From an uncultured Chlamydiae bacterium (GTDB lineage: Bacteria; Chlamydiota; Chlamydiia; Chlamydiales; JAJFMA01), in contig CAVQMM010000001.1 of NCBI GenBank assembly GCA_963713615.1, positions 896,001-960,000 on the forward strand: DNA of 64,000 nt, written 5' to 3'. Made by a program: the position numbers and the translations under genes. The first letter of the stretch is position 1; each line of letters opens with the position of its first letter. Below are positions 9,655-20,539 of this stretch, piece by piece. The notes below the pieces were generated by a model, which saw only the letters and a list, made by a program, of their open reading frames with translations, was not told where the DNA came from and did not search any database.

Positions 9655-10029
9655 TTATACTTTATTTAAATCAATCCAAGCTTTGAGTACTTCTGTTTGT
9701 AGGGGCAGAGTGTTCACCCATTTACGATCTGCTGGAAGCGTTTTTATCAATTTTACGACATAGTTTTCGCTTTTATCCGTCTTGTAAAGGTTACTGAAGA
9801 AGAATAGCGATGCTTTAGTCTGATCGTAGTAGAGAGTGGGATTCTCATCGTAGAAGCCTGTCTCAAGGAGCTGTTTCATAGCATCGAAAAAGCCAGTTGC
9901 CAATTTTTTGGCGATAACATTCGAGCTGTTTACGTTCTTATGCATGGCTTGCACGTAAAGGCTAACTAGGTCAATTCCAGCACAGGTGTGGCCAGGCGGA
10001 AGTTCTCCATTAGCTAGCAAGGAATGCAT
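9655..10029 (-). CDS. Hypothetical; probably the frameshifted C-terminus of the upstream large ORF
   Basis: Frame stays open to about 10155, overlapping the end of 10037-13174. Confidence 0.45.
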   Translation of the reverse strand: MHSLLANGELPPGHTCAGIDLVSLYVQAMHKNVNSSNVIAKKLATGFFDAMKQLLETGFYDENPTLYYDQTKASLFFFSNLYKTDKSENYVVKLIKTLPADRKWVNTLPLQTEVLKAWIDLNKV

Positions 10030-10036
10030 TAAGCCT

Positions 10037-13000
10037 TTACCGGGAGCTGTCCCAAGAAGGCCACCTACTTTTGCTTGTCTCCATAGCTTTATTGGAGTAT
10101 TTGCTAAATCGACAGGAAGGCCTCTTAGGTTGCAACAACAATAAGGAAGTCGCCATTATTTCTTCCCAAGTTGGTTCTTTTAGATTGTCAGGAGGCATGG
10201 AAGCGCGTAGCTCGATATATTGCAGGATAAGATCTCTAAGCTTTTCTCGGCTTGTTGTTTGCTGAAAAGGGATAGCTTTGATGAGATTAGAGAGTATTGT
10301 TGAAGCCGCTCGACAGGCAGTATTAATTCCCAAGGGCGTTCGTACTTGTAGATCATCAGGACTTGCTTTGTTTAAACAAACGCTGAAAAGTTGTGCAACA
10401 TATTCTAGATGAAGCGAGTAATCCATGTTGCGATTTCTCGATTTACTAGAATAGAATGACTCGGGAAGCGAATTAAAAAAATCACTTTGGACTGACAAGA
10501 ATTCTTCTCTAGGGCGTAAATCAGCTTGTTGCCATAAAGTTCTCAATCCAAATTTAATTACAGATGGAAAGCTCTCGCCGTTCTGGGGAGAAATTTCCCT
10601 GGCCAATCCGGGGAGTTGATCAATAAAATAGCTCATTACTTGCTTTAAATCGCTTGCATGCAGATCGAAATTCAAAGTATTCATAAAGTATGTATCCCAG
10701 ATCTGCATGAGTTGAAAGTCGGTCAAGTGGCGTTTTAACCTGACGGAGCAATCGGTGAGAAACTTGGCAAGTATTAAGTTATCATCGTTAGCGTAGCCAG
10801 AGAATAGCTGTAGCGCGTCATACATGGCCGTCTTATTCTCACTGGACATCTCCTTCGATTCATGTTCTGTTAGGAAACTCTTGAATCCAATAAGGAGTTC
10901 TTCTAAAAAGCTTCTACTTTTTGGAAAAACCTTACTAGCAAAGGACACCCATAATGGGAAATCAAGCTTACATTCATTAATTCCTGGCCAAAGCCTGGCG
11001 AGGATGCGATTCTGTTGTTGGGTAAGCTCATGGTTGTCGAGATGCTCATTGATGGATTGTATTAATTGCTGCAAAGCATTCTTGGTGTGATTTGAGATTT
11101 CTCCCCACTTGAGGATGGTGTCTGCGGCTATCTTCACCCCTGCCAAAAACGGCTCCATATGGTCTGCTGTAACCAAGTAATTACCCAGCACGATGTCGGA
11201 ATCGAATTTTTCGTTTAGATCCCCACTACTAGCAAAAAGAGGCTCGAGTCGTTGCTTTAGGGTTAATAGATCCATAAAGGTATCATAGTCGTCTCTTTTG
11301 GTTAGAGCTGCAGCAGCTTGTATCAACTCTTTAAAAAATGTGAATTGCTTGTCTGAGCAATGTTCGAAAGAGGTAAAGATTCCACCCGCCATCTCATGAG
11401 GCGCTTGCTTGACCATCACACGCAACACTCTAGACCGATTTGCAATGAGGTATTGCAGAAGTTCTATCCATTGGTCCACAGCGTCTTTATTTAGCAATTC
11501 TCCACCGCATAGGATCCGATAGGCTGATGAAATACGGTCCAAGATGAGTGCACAGATTTCTAGATTGCCATGCTCTACTGCCCTCTTTAGCGCGTTGTTG
11601 ACCACAGCGTCAGGGATGTCTATCTGCATGGGACAGGCGTTCAATACTTGAACGAAAGCTTCATGACTCCTATTTGCATGTTGTATTGCATCGATGACCA
11701 AGCCCCCCCACAGCTTCGCTATGGTATCTTTAGATTCTTCACATTGATTGAGAGCTTCTTGAACTGCGACATATTCTCCTTCTGCAATCAGAGGCTGTGC
11801 GATTTTTTTGATAAGAGCATTGCGTTGACTCGTAAAAGCTCCGAAGTTGGCACTGCGAAGCCAATGGATATCGCTTTCTCTAGCTTCTCTAGCCAGTTCT
11901 AGAATCAGCTCGGGAGCCAGTTTCACAATCTCTTCATATGTTAAAATGCCATGACCTATGGCTTCTAGAAGTGGTTTACCAGCCTTGTTATCGTTAATCT
12001 TATCCCATGTGTAGGCGATCAAAGCGTCAGCAAAGGCTGTCTTCGCTTCATGAGGGATGGCGATATTTTCTCTTGTTAAGGACTCTAGCCAACTCTGTAC
12101 TTCAGATAATCGCTTTTGTTCTACAAGCCAATGGGTGACATTAGTAATCAATGTGGCACCATGAGGCCCTTTTAGAGTATTGCAAATGAACTTCAGGTTG
12201 AATTTCGTTTGTGATCGTTGAGCCTCAGAATATAATTCGTATACAAGGGAGGGAAGGGTTTCAGGTGTGAATGGGATGGGGTCGAGGTCAAGAGCTTGAA
12301 TGAAGAGCCGTATAGCCGACCCCAACTTTCCATGATCAAGATATATTCTCGCTTGATTTTCAATTTTCGATGCGAGAGATGGCAATCCGACAGTATTGGC
12401 AATTGCCGGAAACTGCTTGCTGATTTTTTCATCACCTAGCGTTTTCAGGTTTGCTCTCACGCTAGCCGCAAATGTTTCTCGGTAAGATACCGAACAGCAG
12501 CGTGTTGCTAAAAATTCAATCATTATATTTGTCATTTTGGAGTCTAGCTTGTCGTTTCTCTCTAAAGTGTTCGCTAGTTGTCTGCAAAAAGAAATCAAAA
12601 ATGCGCGAGTCACATTTCCCCAATCGATTCTGAGGTCCTTGCCTTCAGTAAATGATTTAAGTCCTGCTTCAGCAGAGTCCATGCATGCCGTTTCAACACG
12701 AACCCACAGCGTAGCCACATCATTATCGGATAGAGCAAAAACCCCTCGTTCAATAAGCGTACTCAAAAGAATCTTTGCCAGCTGGGGTTGGTTGGAATAC
12801 AACAACAACTCAACATGTGTGATGATAGCATTGAGTTGACTTCCTTTGGCCGTCGCGGAAAATCTTGGTGTACACTTTCTATCGTTAAGTAAGCTGGAAA
12901 CCATCCTGCCCAGCCGGATAAGGCTTAGCTCGTCACAACTCTCATTCTTTAGGAGGGAGTGAATTACTATTGTATAGCCTTCCCATAGATCGTTATTGCT

Positions 13001-13174
13001 AATTTGTTTTCTCGTATAATTAAGTAATAGATTTGTGCTGGATTTTATAGGATCTGCTTGAGCTATTTGAGATAATTGATTAGCAAACCTTGATGGATTT
13101 AATATAAGAGGATTTTTTAGAATTGATACTTGATCTTTAATATTTACTTGTGGTCTATTGCTAATATTTTCCAT
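10037..13174 (-). CDS. Large helical hypothetical protein (possible effector)
   Basis: 1045-aa ORF with RBS ggag and AT-rich 5' region; no family recognised. Confidence 0.7.
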   Translation of the reverse strand: MENISNRPQVNIKDQVSILKNPLILNPSRFANQLSQIAQADPIKSSTNLLLNYTRKQISNNDLWEGYTIVIHSLLKNESCDELSLIRLGRMVSSLLNDRKCTPRFSATAKGSQLNAIITHVELLLYSNQPQLAKILLSTLIERGVFALSDNDVATLWVRVETACMDSAEAGLKSFTEGKDLRIDWGNVTRAFLISFCRQLANTLERNDKLDSKMTNIMIEFLATRCCSVSYRETFAASVRANLKTLGDEKISKQFPAIANTVGLPSLASKIENQARIYLDHGKLGSAIRLFIQALDLDPIPFTPETLPSLVYELYSEAQRSQTKFNLKFICNTLKGPHGATLITNVTHWLVEQKRLSEVQSWLESLTRENIAIPHEAKTAFADALIAYTWDKINDNKAGKPLLEAIGHGILTYEEIVKLAPELILELAREARESDIHWLRSANFGAFTSQRNALIKKIAQPLIAEGEYVAVQEALNQCEESKDTIAKLWGGLVIDAIQHANRSHEAFVQVLNACPMQIDIPDAVVNNALKRAVEHGNLEICALILDRISSAYRILCGGELLNKDAVDQWIELLQYLIANRSRVLRVMVKQAPHEMAGGIFTSFEHCSDKQFTFFKELIQAAAALTKRDDYDTFMDLLTLKQRLEPLFASSGDLNEKFDSDIVLGNYLVTADHMEPFLAGVKIAADTILKWGEISNHTKNALQQLIQSINEHLDNHELTQQQNRILARLWPGINECKLDFPLWVSFASKVFPKSRSFLEELLIGFKSFLTEHESKEMSSENKTAMYDALQLFSGYANDDNLILAKFLTDCSVRLKRHLTDFQLMQIWDTYFMNTLNFDLHASDLKQVMSYFIDQLPGLAREISPQNGESFPSVIKFGLRTLWQQADLRPREEFLSVQSDFFNSLPESFYSSKSRNRNMDYSLHLEYVAQLFSVCLNKASPDDLQVRTPLGINTACRAASTILSNLIKAIPFQQTTSREKLRDLILQYIELRASMPPDNLKEPTWEEIMATSLLLLQPKRPSCRFSKYSNKAMETSKSRWPSWDSSR

Positions 13175-13352
13175 TTTACTCCAAACAATCTAAGTGTTAT
13201 AAGTGATACAATATTTAAAGTCAGATTGTATATAATTTTATTTTTTTTGGCAATTTATTTTTATTGCTTTTATTTAATGAGTACAAAATAGAAGCTTCCG
13301 ATGCAACATAACAACCGACTTGAAACATCGATTGTGGTTCCAAATCTAGGCA

Positions 13353-13504
13353 TTGTTCACCTTTACGGTCAGAATTTCGGTCGGACGAAAAAGGTCGGAT
13401 GTCGTGGTTTGTGACGAGGGCATAGCGCCAGCTATGTCCGAGGAGCAAAACGCGACAGACGATCCTTTTGCAGTCGACCGAAAACTGACCGCAAAGGTGA
13501 ATAA
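13353..13504. repeat. About 150-bp MITE-like palindromic element
   Basis: Terminal IRs ttgttcacctttacggtcag / ctgaccgcaaaggtgaataa; central hairpin ggcatagc-gcca-gctatgtc. Confidence 0.65.
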
Positions 13505-13619
13505 GGCCCAAATCTATAGCGCTCGCGAACGACATGAACTCCAAAGCGCTGGTTACTTTCTAAGCTATGGAAAAAAAAAGTGCGACCCATTACATATTAA
13601 CCTTTGATATGCATGATGG

Positions 13620-15635
13620 ATGGCTATGACGACAGCGACACAACAGATTGGTATTTCCTATCCTTTTGGCGCAACTTGGACTCCCCGTGGGACAGGCTTT
13701 GCTGTACACGTCAAAAACGCTATTGCTGTAAGCGTATGTCTATTTCGAGCTGAAGGCGATTCCGCTGCCGAAGAAGTTCAATTAGATTCACAAAGAAATC
13801 GAACAGGTAGCGTGTGGCATATTCATCTCGAAGGTCTTAATGATTTTGTTGGTTACGCCTACCGCGTAACCAATTCCAAAGGAGAACGAAGCAGCTATCT
13901 CCTGGACCCCTATGCCAAAGGTGTCATTGCTCGCTATTTGCCGCCTTTTGATACCTATAGTCCTATCGGTACCCTACCTAAACAAGACACATTTGACTGG
14001 GAAGGTGATATTCGACCAAATATTAAAATAGCCGATCTGGTGATCTATGAAATGCATGTGGGTGGTTTTACTCAGGATCCCAGTAGTCAGGTAAAACACC
14101 CAGGGACCTATCTAGGATTGATCGAGAAGATCCCCTATTTGACAAGCCTTGGCGTTAACGCTATCGAACTCCTGCCAGTGTTTGAGTTCAATCCCCGCGA
14201 AAATGAACATGGAGTCACCGCTAGCAAAGTGATCGTAGGAAACTACTGGGGCTATTCTACCGCCAACTTCTTTGCTCCAACACCATTTTTTGCTGCCAAC
14301 AAGTCCCCTGGAGCCGCCGTAAATGAATTTCGCGAAATGGTTAAGGCGTTACACAAAGCTGGCATCGAAGTCATTCTAGACGTTGTCTACAACCACACTC
14401 TTGAAGGCAATGAAAAGGGTCCGACACTGTCGTTTAAAGGTCTTGATAATGCTGCGTATTATATCCTAGAGCCTCAAGGTCTCTATGCGAACTATAGCGG
14501 GTGTGGCAATACGTTTAACTGCAACAATCCCATCGCCAGACACCTCATTCTGGAGAGCTTGCGGTATTGGGTTGTTCACATGCATGTGGATGGCTTTCGA
14601 TTTGACCTGGCATCTATTTTAACGCGAGATCGACGCGGGCACCCCCAGGGCTATTCTCCCCTTCTCGAGTCAATCGGCGAAGATCCCGTCTTAGCAAATG
14701 TCAAGCTGATCGCAGAGCCTTGGGACGCTGGAGGTCTCTATCAGGTGGGATCCTTTTGCCCCTTGGGACGCCGATGGTCTGAGTGGAACGGAAAATACCG
14801 CGATACGATGCGCCGTTTTATCAAAGGCGACGCATTCACTCTTGGCGAATTCGCCACGAGGTTATGTGGCTCTGAAGATCTTTATGGAGACCAAGGTTCC
14901 CCTGATAATAGCATTAATTTTATTACAGCTCACGACGGCTTTACGTTGGTCGACTTAGTTTCTTATAATATCAAACATAATGACGACAATGGCGAAGGCA
15001 ACCGGGATGGCACCAATGACAACTACAGCTGGAACTGTGGCGTCGAAGGTGTGACTACCGATCCAATCGTAGTGGCACGTCGACAGCGCCAAGTGCGCAA
15101 TTTTTTGATAGCCATGATGGTTTCTCGCGGCGTTCCTATGCTACTCATGGGCGATGAATATGGTCATACCAAACAAGGCAACAATAACACATGGTGCCTC
15201 AACGATGTTCGTAACTGGTTTCAATGGTCCCGACTTCATGAACAAGAACCGCTATTTCGCTTTTTCAAAGGGATGTTAGCCTTTCGTAAGGCTTATCCAG
15301 TGCTACGACGCAATGCCTTCTATACCCGTCATGACATTGAGTGGCATGGAGTAAAGCCCAATCAAGCGGAATGGGGCCAAGGAGCTCCACTGATAGCTTT
15401 CACTCTGCGCGACCACCAGAGCGGTGATAAAATATATGTGGCCTTTAACGCTACGGACAAGACTAGGGAGTTCACACTGCCGGAACTATCCTATGGACAG
15501 CGTTGGGGATGGGTGGCAAATACTGCCGAAGCCCCACCCAAGGATTTCATCAGCAATAACTCTCCACCCGTTGACTTGCCTTCTGTGCGCTTACCAGAGC
15601 ATTCAGCTGTCATTCTTAAGAGCATTCCAGCCTAA
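13620..15635 (+). CDS. glgX: Glycogen debranching enzyme (isoamylase, GH13)
   Basis: NYWGY, DVVYNHT, DGFRFDLA, IAEPWD, NFITAHDGFTL. Confidence 0.95.
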   Translation: MAMTTATQQIGISYPFGATWTPRGTGFAVHVKNAIAVSVCLFRAEGDSAAEEVQLDSQRNRTGSVWHIHLEGLNDFVGYAYRVTNSKGERSSYLLDPYAKGVIARYLPPFDTYSPIGTLPKQDTFDWEGDIRPNIKIADLVIYEMHVGGFTQDPSSQVKHPGTYLGLIEKIPYLTSLGVNAIELLPVFEFNPRENEHGVTASKVIVGNYWGYSTANFFAPTPFFAANKSPGAAVNEFREMVKALHKAGIEVILDVVYNHTLEGNEKGPTLSFKGLDNAAYYILEPQGLYANYSGCGNTFNCNNPIARHLILESLRYWVVHMHVDGFRFDLASILTRDRRGHPQGYSPLLESIGEDPVLANVKLIAEPWDAGGLYQVGSFCPLGRRWSEWNGKYRDTMRRFIKGDAFTLGEFATRLCGSEDLYGDQGSPDNSINFITAHDGFTLVDLVSYNIKHNDDNGEGNRDGTNDNYSWNCGVEGVTTDPIVVARRQRQVRNFLIAMMVSRGVPMLLMGDEYGHTKQGNNNTWCLNDVRNWFQWSRLHEQEPLFRFFKGMLAFRKAYPVLRRNAFYTRHDIEWHGVKPNQAEWGQGAPLIAFTLRDHQSGDKIYVAFNATDKTREFTLPELSYGQRWGWVANTAEAPPKDFISNNSPPVDLPSVRLPEHSAVILKSIPA

Positions 15636-15668
15636 CACATTTTCTAAGTGAGTCGTAAACCGTGAGCC

Positions 15669-16703
15669 CTATAGAATGAGCATCGCATCACCATAGGAAA
15701 AGAAGCGGTAACGTCGCTCCACTGCTTTGCGATAGGCTTCCATGATAAGGTCATATCCAGCGAATGCAGTCACTAACATGAGCAGTGTTGAAGAGGGAAA
15801 GTGAAAGTTCGTAAGCAGGTTTTGGACATACTGAAATTCGTATCCCGGGTAAATGAATATGTCCGTCTCATAGTCACCAGCCTGAAATCCTCCCTTGCAC
15901 GCAGATTCCAAGGTTCGACAACATGTGGTGCCTACAACGATCTGACGCTTGTTAAGAGTCCGATTATTGAGACTATGGGTTGCTTCAGGAGTAATTGAAA
16001 AGCGCTCCGTGTGCATTTTGTGATCGCGAATGTCCTGGACTTGGACAGGCTGAAACGTACCTAAACCAACATGCAGAGTGATTTTTGTGGAATGAACTCC
16101 TCGATCATCCAGGCTTTTTAAAAGCTCAGGCGTGAAGTGCAATCCAGCAGTAGGTGCTGCAGCAGCACCAGGACGCGCAGCAAAAACAGTTTGGTAGCGC
16201 TCAAGGTCTTCGGGATGAGACTCTCGTTCGATATAATGGGGCAAGGGCATCTGACCGCATTCGTGAAGGGCTGCCATAAAGTCGCCCGTGTATAAAAACT
16301 GCACCAATTTGGTGCCGTCGGGATAGGTTTCTAAGATCTCACACGATAGCCTTTCGCTGAAGTGTACGCGGATACCTGGTCGCAACTTACGTCCAGGACG
16401 CGCCATAGCGACCCATTGATCACCGCCCTGAGGCTTCAGCAACAGAATTTCACACCGGCCTCCACCGCTATCTCTGATGCCATATAGACGTGCTGGAAGA
16501 ACCTGAGTATCGTTGAGGACTAGACTATCCCCCGATTCAAGAATGTCCTTAAGATCGCGGAATACGGCATCCCGAATTTCTCCCGTGGAGCGATAGACAA
16601 TCATCAAACGAGAGGAGTCTCGCTGCGTCAGTGGGGCCTGGGCTATGAGATCTTTAGGCAAGTCGTAGGCATAGGCCTCGAGTGAAAATAGGTCACGTGT
16701 CAT
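15669..16703 (-). CDS. queA: S-adenosylmethionine:tRNA ribosyltransferase-isomerase
   Basis: YQTVFA, AAPTAGLHFT, VGTT..RTLE, YRFFSYGDAMLIL. Confidence 0.97.
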   Translation of the reverse strand: MTRDLFSLEAYAYDLPKDLIAQAPLTQRDSSRLMIVYRSTGEIRDAVFRDLKDILESGDSLVLNDTQVLPARLYGIRDSGGGRCEILLLKPQGGDQWVAMARPGRKLRPGIRVHFSERLSCEILETYPDGTKLVQFLYTGDFMAALHECGQMPLPHYIERESHPEDLERYQTVFAARPGAAAAPTAGLHFTPELLKSLDDRGVHSTKITLHVGLGTFQPVQVQDIRDHKMHTERFSITPEATHSLNNRTLNKRQIVVGTTCCRTLESACKGGFQAGDYETDIFIYPGYEFQYVQNLLTNFHFPSSTLLMLVTAFAGYDLIMEAYRKAVERRYRFFSYGDAMLIL

Positions 16704-16710
16704 TTAAGAC

Positions 16711-16946
16711 CCTCACAACAGTCTCTCGGCGCGTAGCGCTTTGGAGTGCGGTCGCTTGCGACCGCTTTTCGTTCCTTGCGACGATTATGTCAAACGACAT
16801 GATTAGGAATTCGGTCAGGTTGCATATACTAACTACTTTACCCCTAGCGAATGATTGTGGCGCTATTTCACACGACCGTCGCAAGGAACGAAAAGCGGTC
16901 GCAAGCGACCGCACTCCAAAGCGCTGCGCGCCGAGCGACGATTGTT
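16711..16946. repeat. REP-like doublet (family D), intact
   Basis: Two inverted ggagtgcggtcgcttgcgaccgc hairpins with about 100-bp spacer. Confidence 0.9.
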
Positions 16947-16953
16947 TGGTCCA

Positions 16954-17847
16954 TTAGTCAACCTGGAACATGCGCTGAACGGTAACGCCAGGAAAAGCGC
17001 GGTTGAGAATCTGGGCCGCATTCTGCCCCTGCACTGCAGCCGTTTCGGCTTCACTAAGCACAAGCGTTGGACGGCGCTCGGTCGTCTTTTTGGCTCCTTG
17101 AGATAAAGGCTCTACCACCCAATGAGCGGGGAAAAGGGCAACCTCTTTATTGGAATCGGTATCTGTCTTGGCAGTAATATCGCTAGCACTCATCACCATG
17201 TAACTAGTGGCATCAACGGCTTTTTCAGCTTCTTCATAGTGTTGACTAGGACTTACTCCAGCATACCGGAACTTTAAACCATCGATGTCCCAATATTTAT
17301 TCTTTGAAAACGAGGAACGGTAATAGGCGTCGGTACGTTGGGCAATAGCAACAGCAGCTAGAGCCTCTTTAGGAACCTGACGATCGATCTTTGCCGCCAA
17401 TACTGAAGCCACATAGTCTTCAATGTCTACCTCATTGACAATGCTGATCATTCCGTCGACATCATAAACACTAATGATGCCCGAATAAGGTGTGCCATTC
17501 ACATACATGATTGTTTCTGGAGCCGTAGGCACAAGCTTAAGCTGGCGCATATCAGGAAACTCTTCGCCCCACTTAAGTCCATGCTTTGTCACAAGGATAT
17601 CGCGTTGCTTACCGCTCACTCTTCGCGATAACACTTCGTGGTGCACAGGATCAACGACAGCATACTTACCGTCAACACGCAGCAAAGCGGATTTAGCATC
17701 GTGTACAATCAGCACACGTACGCTAGGTGCCGATGGACGATGATTCCCCATCATCGCATAGGCATAGCGATCAATTACTCCAGCTTCAGCAGCGGAGGTC
17801 ATCCCCACAGCTAGCCCTAAAGCTGTCATCATACTTCGAATAAACAT
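16954..17847 (-). CDS. SpoIID/LytB-domain peptidoglycan-processing protein
   Basis: Signal peptide; IVNEVDIEDYVASVL...EALAAVAIAQRT motif; adjacent to ruvB as in Chlamydiae. Confidence 0.8.
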   Translation of the reverse strand: MFIRSMMTALGLAVGMTSAAEAGVIDRYAYAMMGNHRPSAPSVRVLIVHDAKSALLRVDGKYAVVDPVHHEVLSRRVSGKQRDILVTKHGLKWGEEFPDMRQLKLVPTAPETIMYVNGTPYSGIISVYDVDGMISIVNEVDIEDYVASVLAAKIDRQVPKEALAAVAIAQRTDAYYRSSFSKNKYWDIDGLKFRYAGVSPSQHYEEAEKAVDATSYMVMSASDITAKTDTDSNKEVALFPAHWVVEPLSQGAKKTTERRPTLVLSEAETAAVQGQNAAQILNRAFPGVTVQRMFQVD

Positions 17848-18866
17848 GGCTCCACTCCCTCGTTGAATTTGGCGGGTAACGACCGGCCTAGGTGTTGGTA
17901 GGCTCGAGCTGTCGCCTCACGCCCCCGCAAGGTTCGCTTAATAAAACCCTGTAGAATCAGGTAAGGTTCATAAACCTCCTCGACAGTGGACTTTTCCTCT
18001 CCAATCGCTACGGATAAGGTTCCAACTCCCACCGGACCACCTTGATAATGGTCTATAATAGTCTCTAAGATCTTTTTATCCAACTCATCTAATCCGATAG
18101 GATCGATGGCCAGCATATCCAATGCCTCGGAAACAACCTGGCGATCAACGCGGTTGCCCTTGCGCATTAAGGCAAAATCACGCACCCAACGGACCAAATT
18201 GTTAGCAATCCGCGGTGTTCCGCGCGACCGCAAAGCGATTTCGTTAGCGGCACCCTCGTCGATATCTAGATTGAGGATGCGCGCAGTACGTTGAATCATT
18301 TTCGTCAGGATCTCAGGGGTGTAGTAATCTAAACGGCAGGTCAAGCCAAAGCGTGAACGCAGTGGACTCGTCAGCAGCCCCATTCTTGTGGTAGCACCCA
18401 CCAAAGTAAAACGGTTGAGCTTAACCTGAACGCTGCGCGCGCTAGGACCACTATCGATTATGAGATCGAGGGTGAAATCCTCCATGGCCGGATATAAGTA
18501 CTCCTCGATGGTTCGCGACAGCCGATGGATTTCATCGATGAACAGGATATCACCGGGCTGCAGATTAGTCAGCAACCCCGCGAGGTCACCGGCCTTGTCG
18601 ATGACAGCCCCTGAAGTAACAGTAATATTTGTCCCCATCGCTTTAGCGAGGATATTCGCCAGCGTGGTTTTGCCAAGTCCGGGGGGGCCGCTGAAAAGAC
18701 TGTGTCCTAAAGGCTCGCCACGCTGCTTGGCAGCGCCGATGTAAACCTCGAGCCTTTCGCGGATCTTATCTTGGCCCAAAAAGTCGCCTAACGACTGCGG
18801 ACGAAGTGGAACCTCGAAGACTTCGTCTTCCTTAGACAATGATGATTCAATAAATCGTGACGTCAT
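17829..18866 (-). CDS. ruvB: Holliday junction branch migration helicase RuvB
   Basis: LRPQSL, GPPGLGKTTLA, LFIDEIHRL, SRGTPRIAN. Confidence 0.98.
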   Translation of the reverse strand: MTSRFIESSLSKEDEVFEVPLRPQSLGDFLGQDKIRERLEVYIGAAKQRGEPLGHSLFSGPPGLGKTTLANILAKAMGTNITVTSGAVIDKAGDLAGLLTNLQPGDILFIDEIHRLSRTIEEYLYPAMEDFTLDLIIDSGPSARSVQVKLNRFTLVGATTRMGLLTSPLRSRFGLTCRLDYYTPEILTKMIQRTARILNLDIDEGAANEIALRSRGTPRIANNLVRWVRDFALMRKGNRVDRQVVSEALDMLAIDPIGLDELDKKILETIIDHYQGGPVGVGTLSVAIGEEKSTVEEVYEPYLILQGFIKRTLRGREATARAYQHLGRSLPAKFNEGVEPCLFEV

Positions 18867-18869
18867 AAA

Positions 18870-20225
18870 CTAGAGCAACAATCCAATGACATGTAGGAAA
18901 ACCATCAACATTAAAAGGGGCGAGAGATATTTAAAGCAAAACCAAAAATAAGTCTTTAACCACGGACAGCGCTCAAACAAGTTGGTAGCGCCTAACTGCA
19001 AGTGCTTTAACGCTCCATTCACTCCCCACACCCAACCAACCATTAAAAGAGCCGCAAAGCCTCCTAATGGAATCAATATGTGAGTGGCAAAAAAGTCTAC
19101 CAGGTCGAGGAAATGAAGACCAAAAAGCGTCATGCCGCTGAAAACACTATACGACAGTGCCGCAGGAATGCCTAGAACAAAAGCAGCAAGACCAGAGACC
19201 ACTACGGCGCCGTGCCGTGATAAGCCCCATTCATCGAGCAGATAAGCGATTGTGGGTTCCAAGGCAGAAATCTCTGATGTCAAGGCCGCCAGAAAAACCA
19301 ACAGAAAGAATAGAAAGCCAAAGAACGCCCCACCCGGAATCTGATTAAATGCCAGGGGTAACGTCTGAAAGACCAACCCTGGGCCCGAGTCAGGCTCCAT
19401 CCCTACGGAAAACACAATGCAAAAGACGGCTACAGCAGCCAATAAGGAGGCCATGGTATCCATAATGACAGCAGGAAAGCAACTTGCAGTAACGTTCTCA
19501 TGCCTCTCCAGGTAGCTTCCGTAGGTCACCATCGTGCCCTGCCCTAAGCTGAGAGTAAAGAAGGATTGCCCCAAAGCGGCAAGGACAACGCCAGGAGTAA
19601 TAGACGTCCAATCTGGCTGAAAGAGATATCCCAAACCAATGGAAGCCTGCGGCATCGTCAGAGCCCTCCACACTAATGCCAGCAACATGATGAACAATAG
19701 AGGCATGAAAATCTTGTTGCACCTTTCAATCCCTGAACGCACACCAAGAAACAGAACTGAGCAGGATAAAAACATAAAGATCGCATGAAAACCAAGGCCC
19801 CACCACCAGGTGCTGATCAGACCATCAAAATGCTGAGAAGCCTCGTGAATGGTATGCAGCTCCGATAGCAGCCCTCGCCCAGCTTGGACAAGATATCCCA
19901 GAACCCAACCAGCAACCGCACTGTAGAAAGAGCTGACGATAAAGCCCGTGATGATTGTCCCAGCACCTATGTAGGACCAGGCTGGTCCACCGAGCTTTTC
20001 GAAGGCTGTTTTGGGATTTGCCTGTGAATTGCGACCGATAAGTACTTCGGCGATAAAGGTCGGGAAGCCGATAACGATCAGGGAAATGAGGTAGATGATG
20101 ATGAATGCCGCCCCACCGTGGCGTCCGACCATGAAGGGAAACTTCCAGATGTTTGCCAGGCCGATAGACGAGCCGGCAACCGCCAAGATAAAGCCTAAAC
20201 GTGTACCCCAATGTGCTCTTGTCAT
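18870..20225 (-). CDS. Sodium-dependent transporter (NSS/SNF family)
   Basis: W..RLGFILA.AGS.IGLANIWKFP; GQSFFTLSLG. Confidence 0.92.
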   Translation of the reverse strand: MTRAHWGTRLGFILAVAGSSIGLANIWKFPFMVGRHGGAAFIIIYLISLIVIGFPTFIAEVLIGRNSQANPKTAFEKLGGPAWSYIGAGTIITGFIVSSFYSAVAGWVLGYLVQAGRGLLSELHTIHEASQHFDGLISTWWWGLGFHAIFMFLSCSVLFLGVRSGIERCNKIFMPLLFIMLLALVWRALTMPQASIGLGYLFQPDWTSITPGVVLAALGQSFFTLSLGQGTMVTYGSYLERHENVTASCFPAVIMDTMASLLAAVAVFCIVFSVGMEPDSGPGLVFQTLPLAFNQIPGGAFFGFLFFLLVFLAALTSEISALEPTIAYLLDEWGLSRHGAVVVSGLAAFVLGIPAALSYSVFSGMTLFGLHFLDLVDFFATHILIPLGGFAALLMVGWVWGVNGALKHLQLGATNLFERCPWLKTYFWFCFKYLSPLLMLMVFLHVIGLLL

Positions 20226-20288
20226 AACTAAGGAGTATAGTCCATCAACATTATTTTTGACCAAGACTGTTCGCTTTAGCTATTAAAT

Positions 20289-20373
20289 CCCTCACAATCC
20301 TATCTAGGCGCGCAGCGCTTTGGAGTGCGGTCGCTTGCGACCGCTTTGGCTGCGCGCCGAATGGCGATTGTGA
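20289..20373. repeat. Shortened family D REP copy
   Basis: ccctcacaatc...gcgctttggagtgcggtcgcttgcgaccgc...gattgtga. Confidence 0.75.
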
Positions 20374-20539
20374 TCCCAGCGCTCCCCCAATTCTTTCCAA
20401 GAACCCAAATTCTTTCCCCTCTATCCTATCTCAACGTTCTCTGCTATCAGAGAAGAAGTGTTGAACATATTTCCAAATCCTTCTAAACCCTAGAACAAGC
20501 TTAGAAATCATGTGATCGTTCCTTGCGTAAGGCAATAGG

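Noticed and set aside
13201..13212. Shared aagtgatacaat motif with 31589-31600 as a common regulator site
   Set aside because: Only two occurrences in AT-rich DNA, with opposite orientation relative to the candidate effector genes; chance not excluded.
16682..17106. Small ORFs with RSQATALQSA-type peptides (also near 6.9, 31.0 and 43.0 kb)
   Set aside because: They are translations of the family D palindrome, with no independent coding signal.
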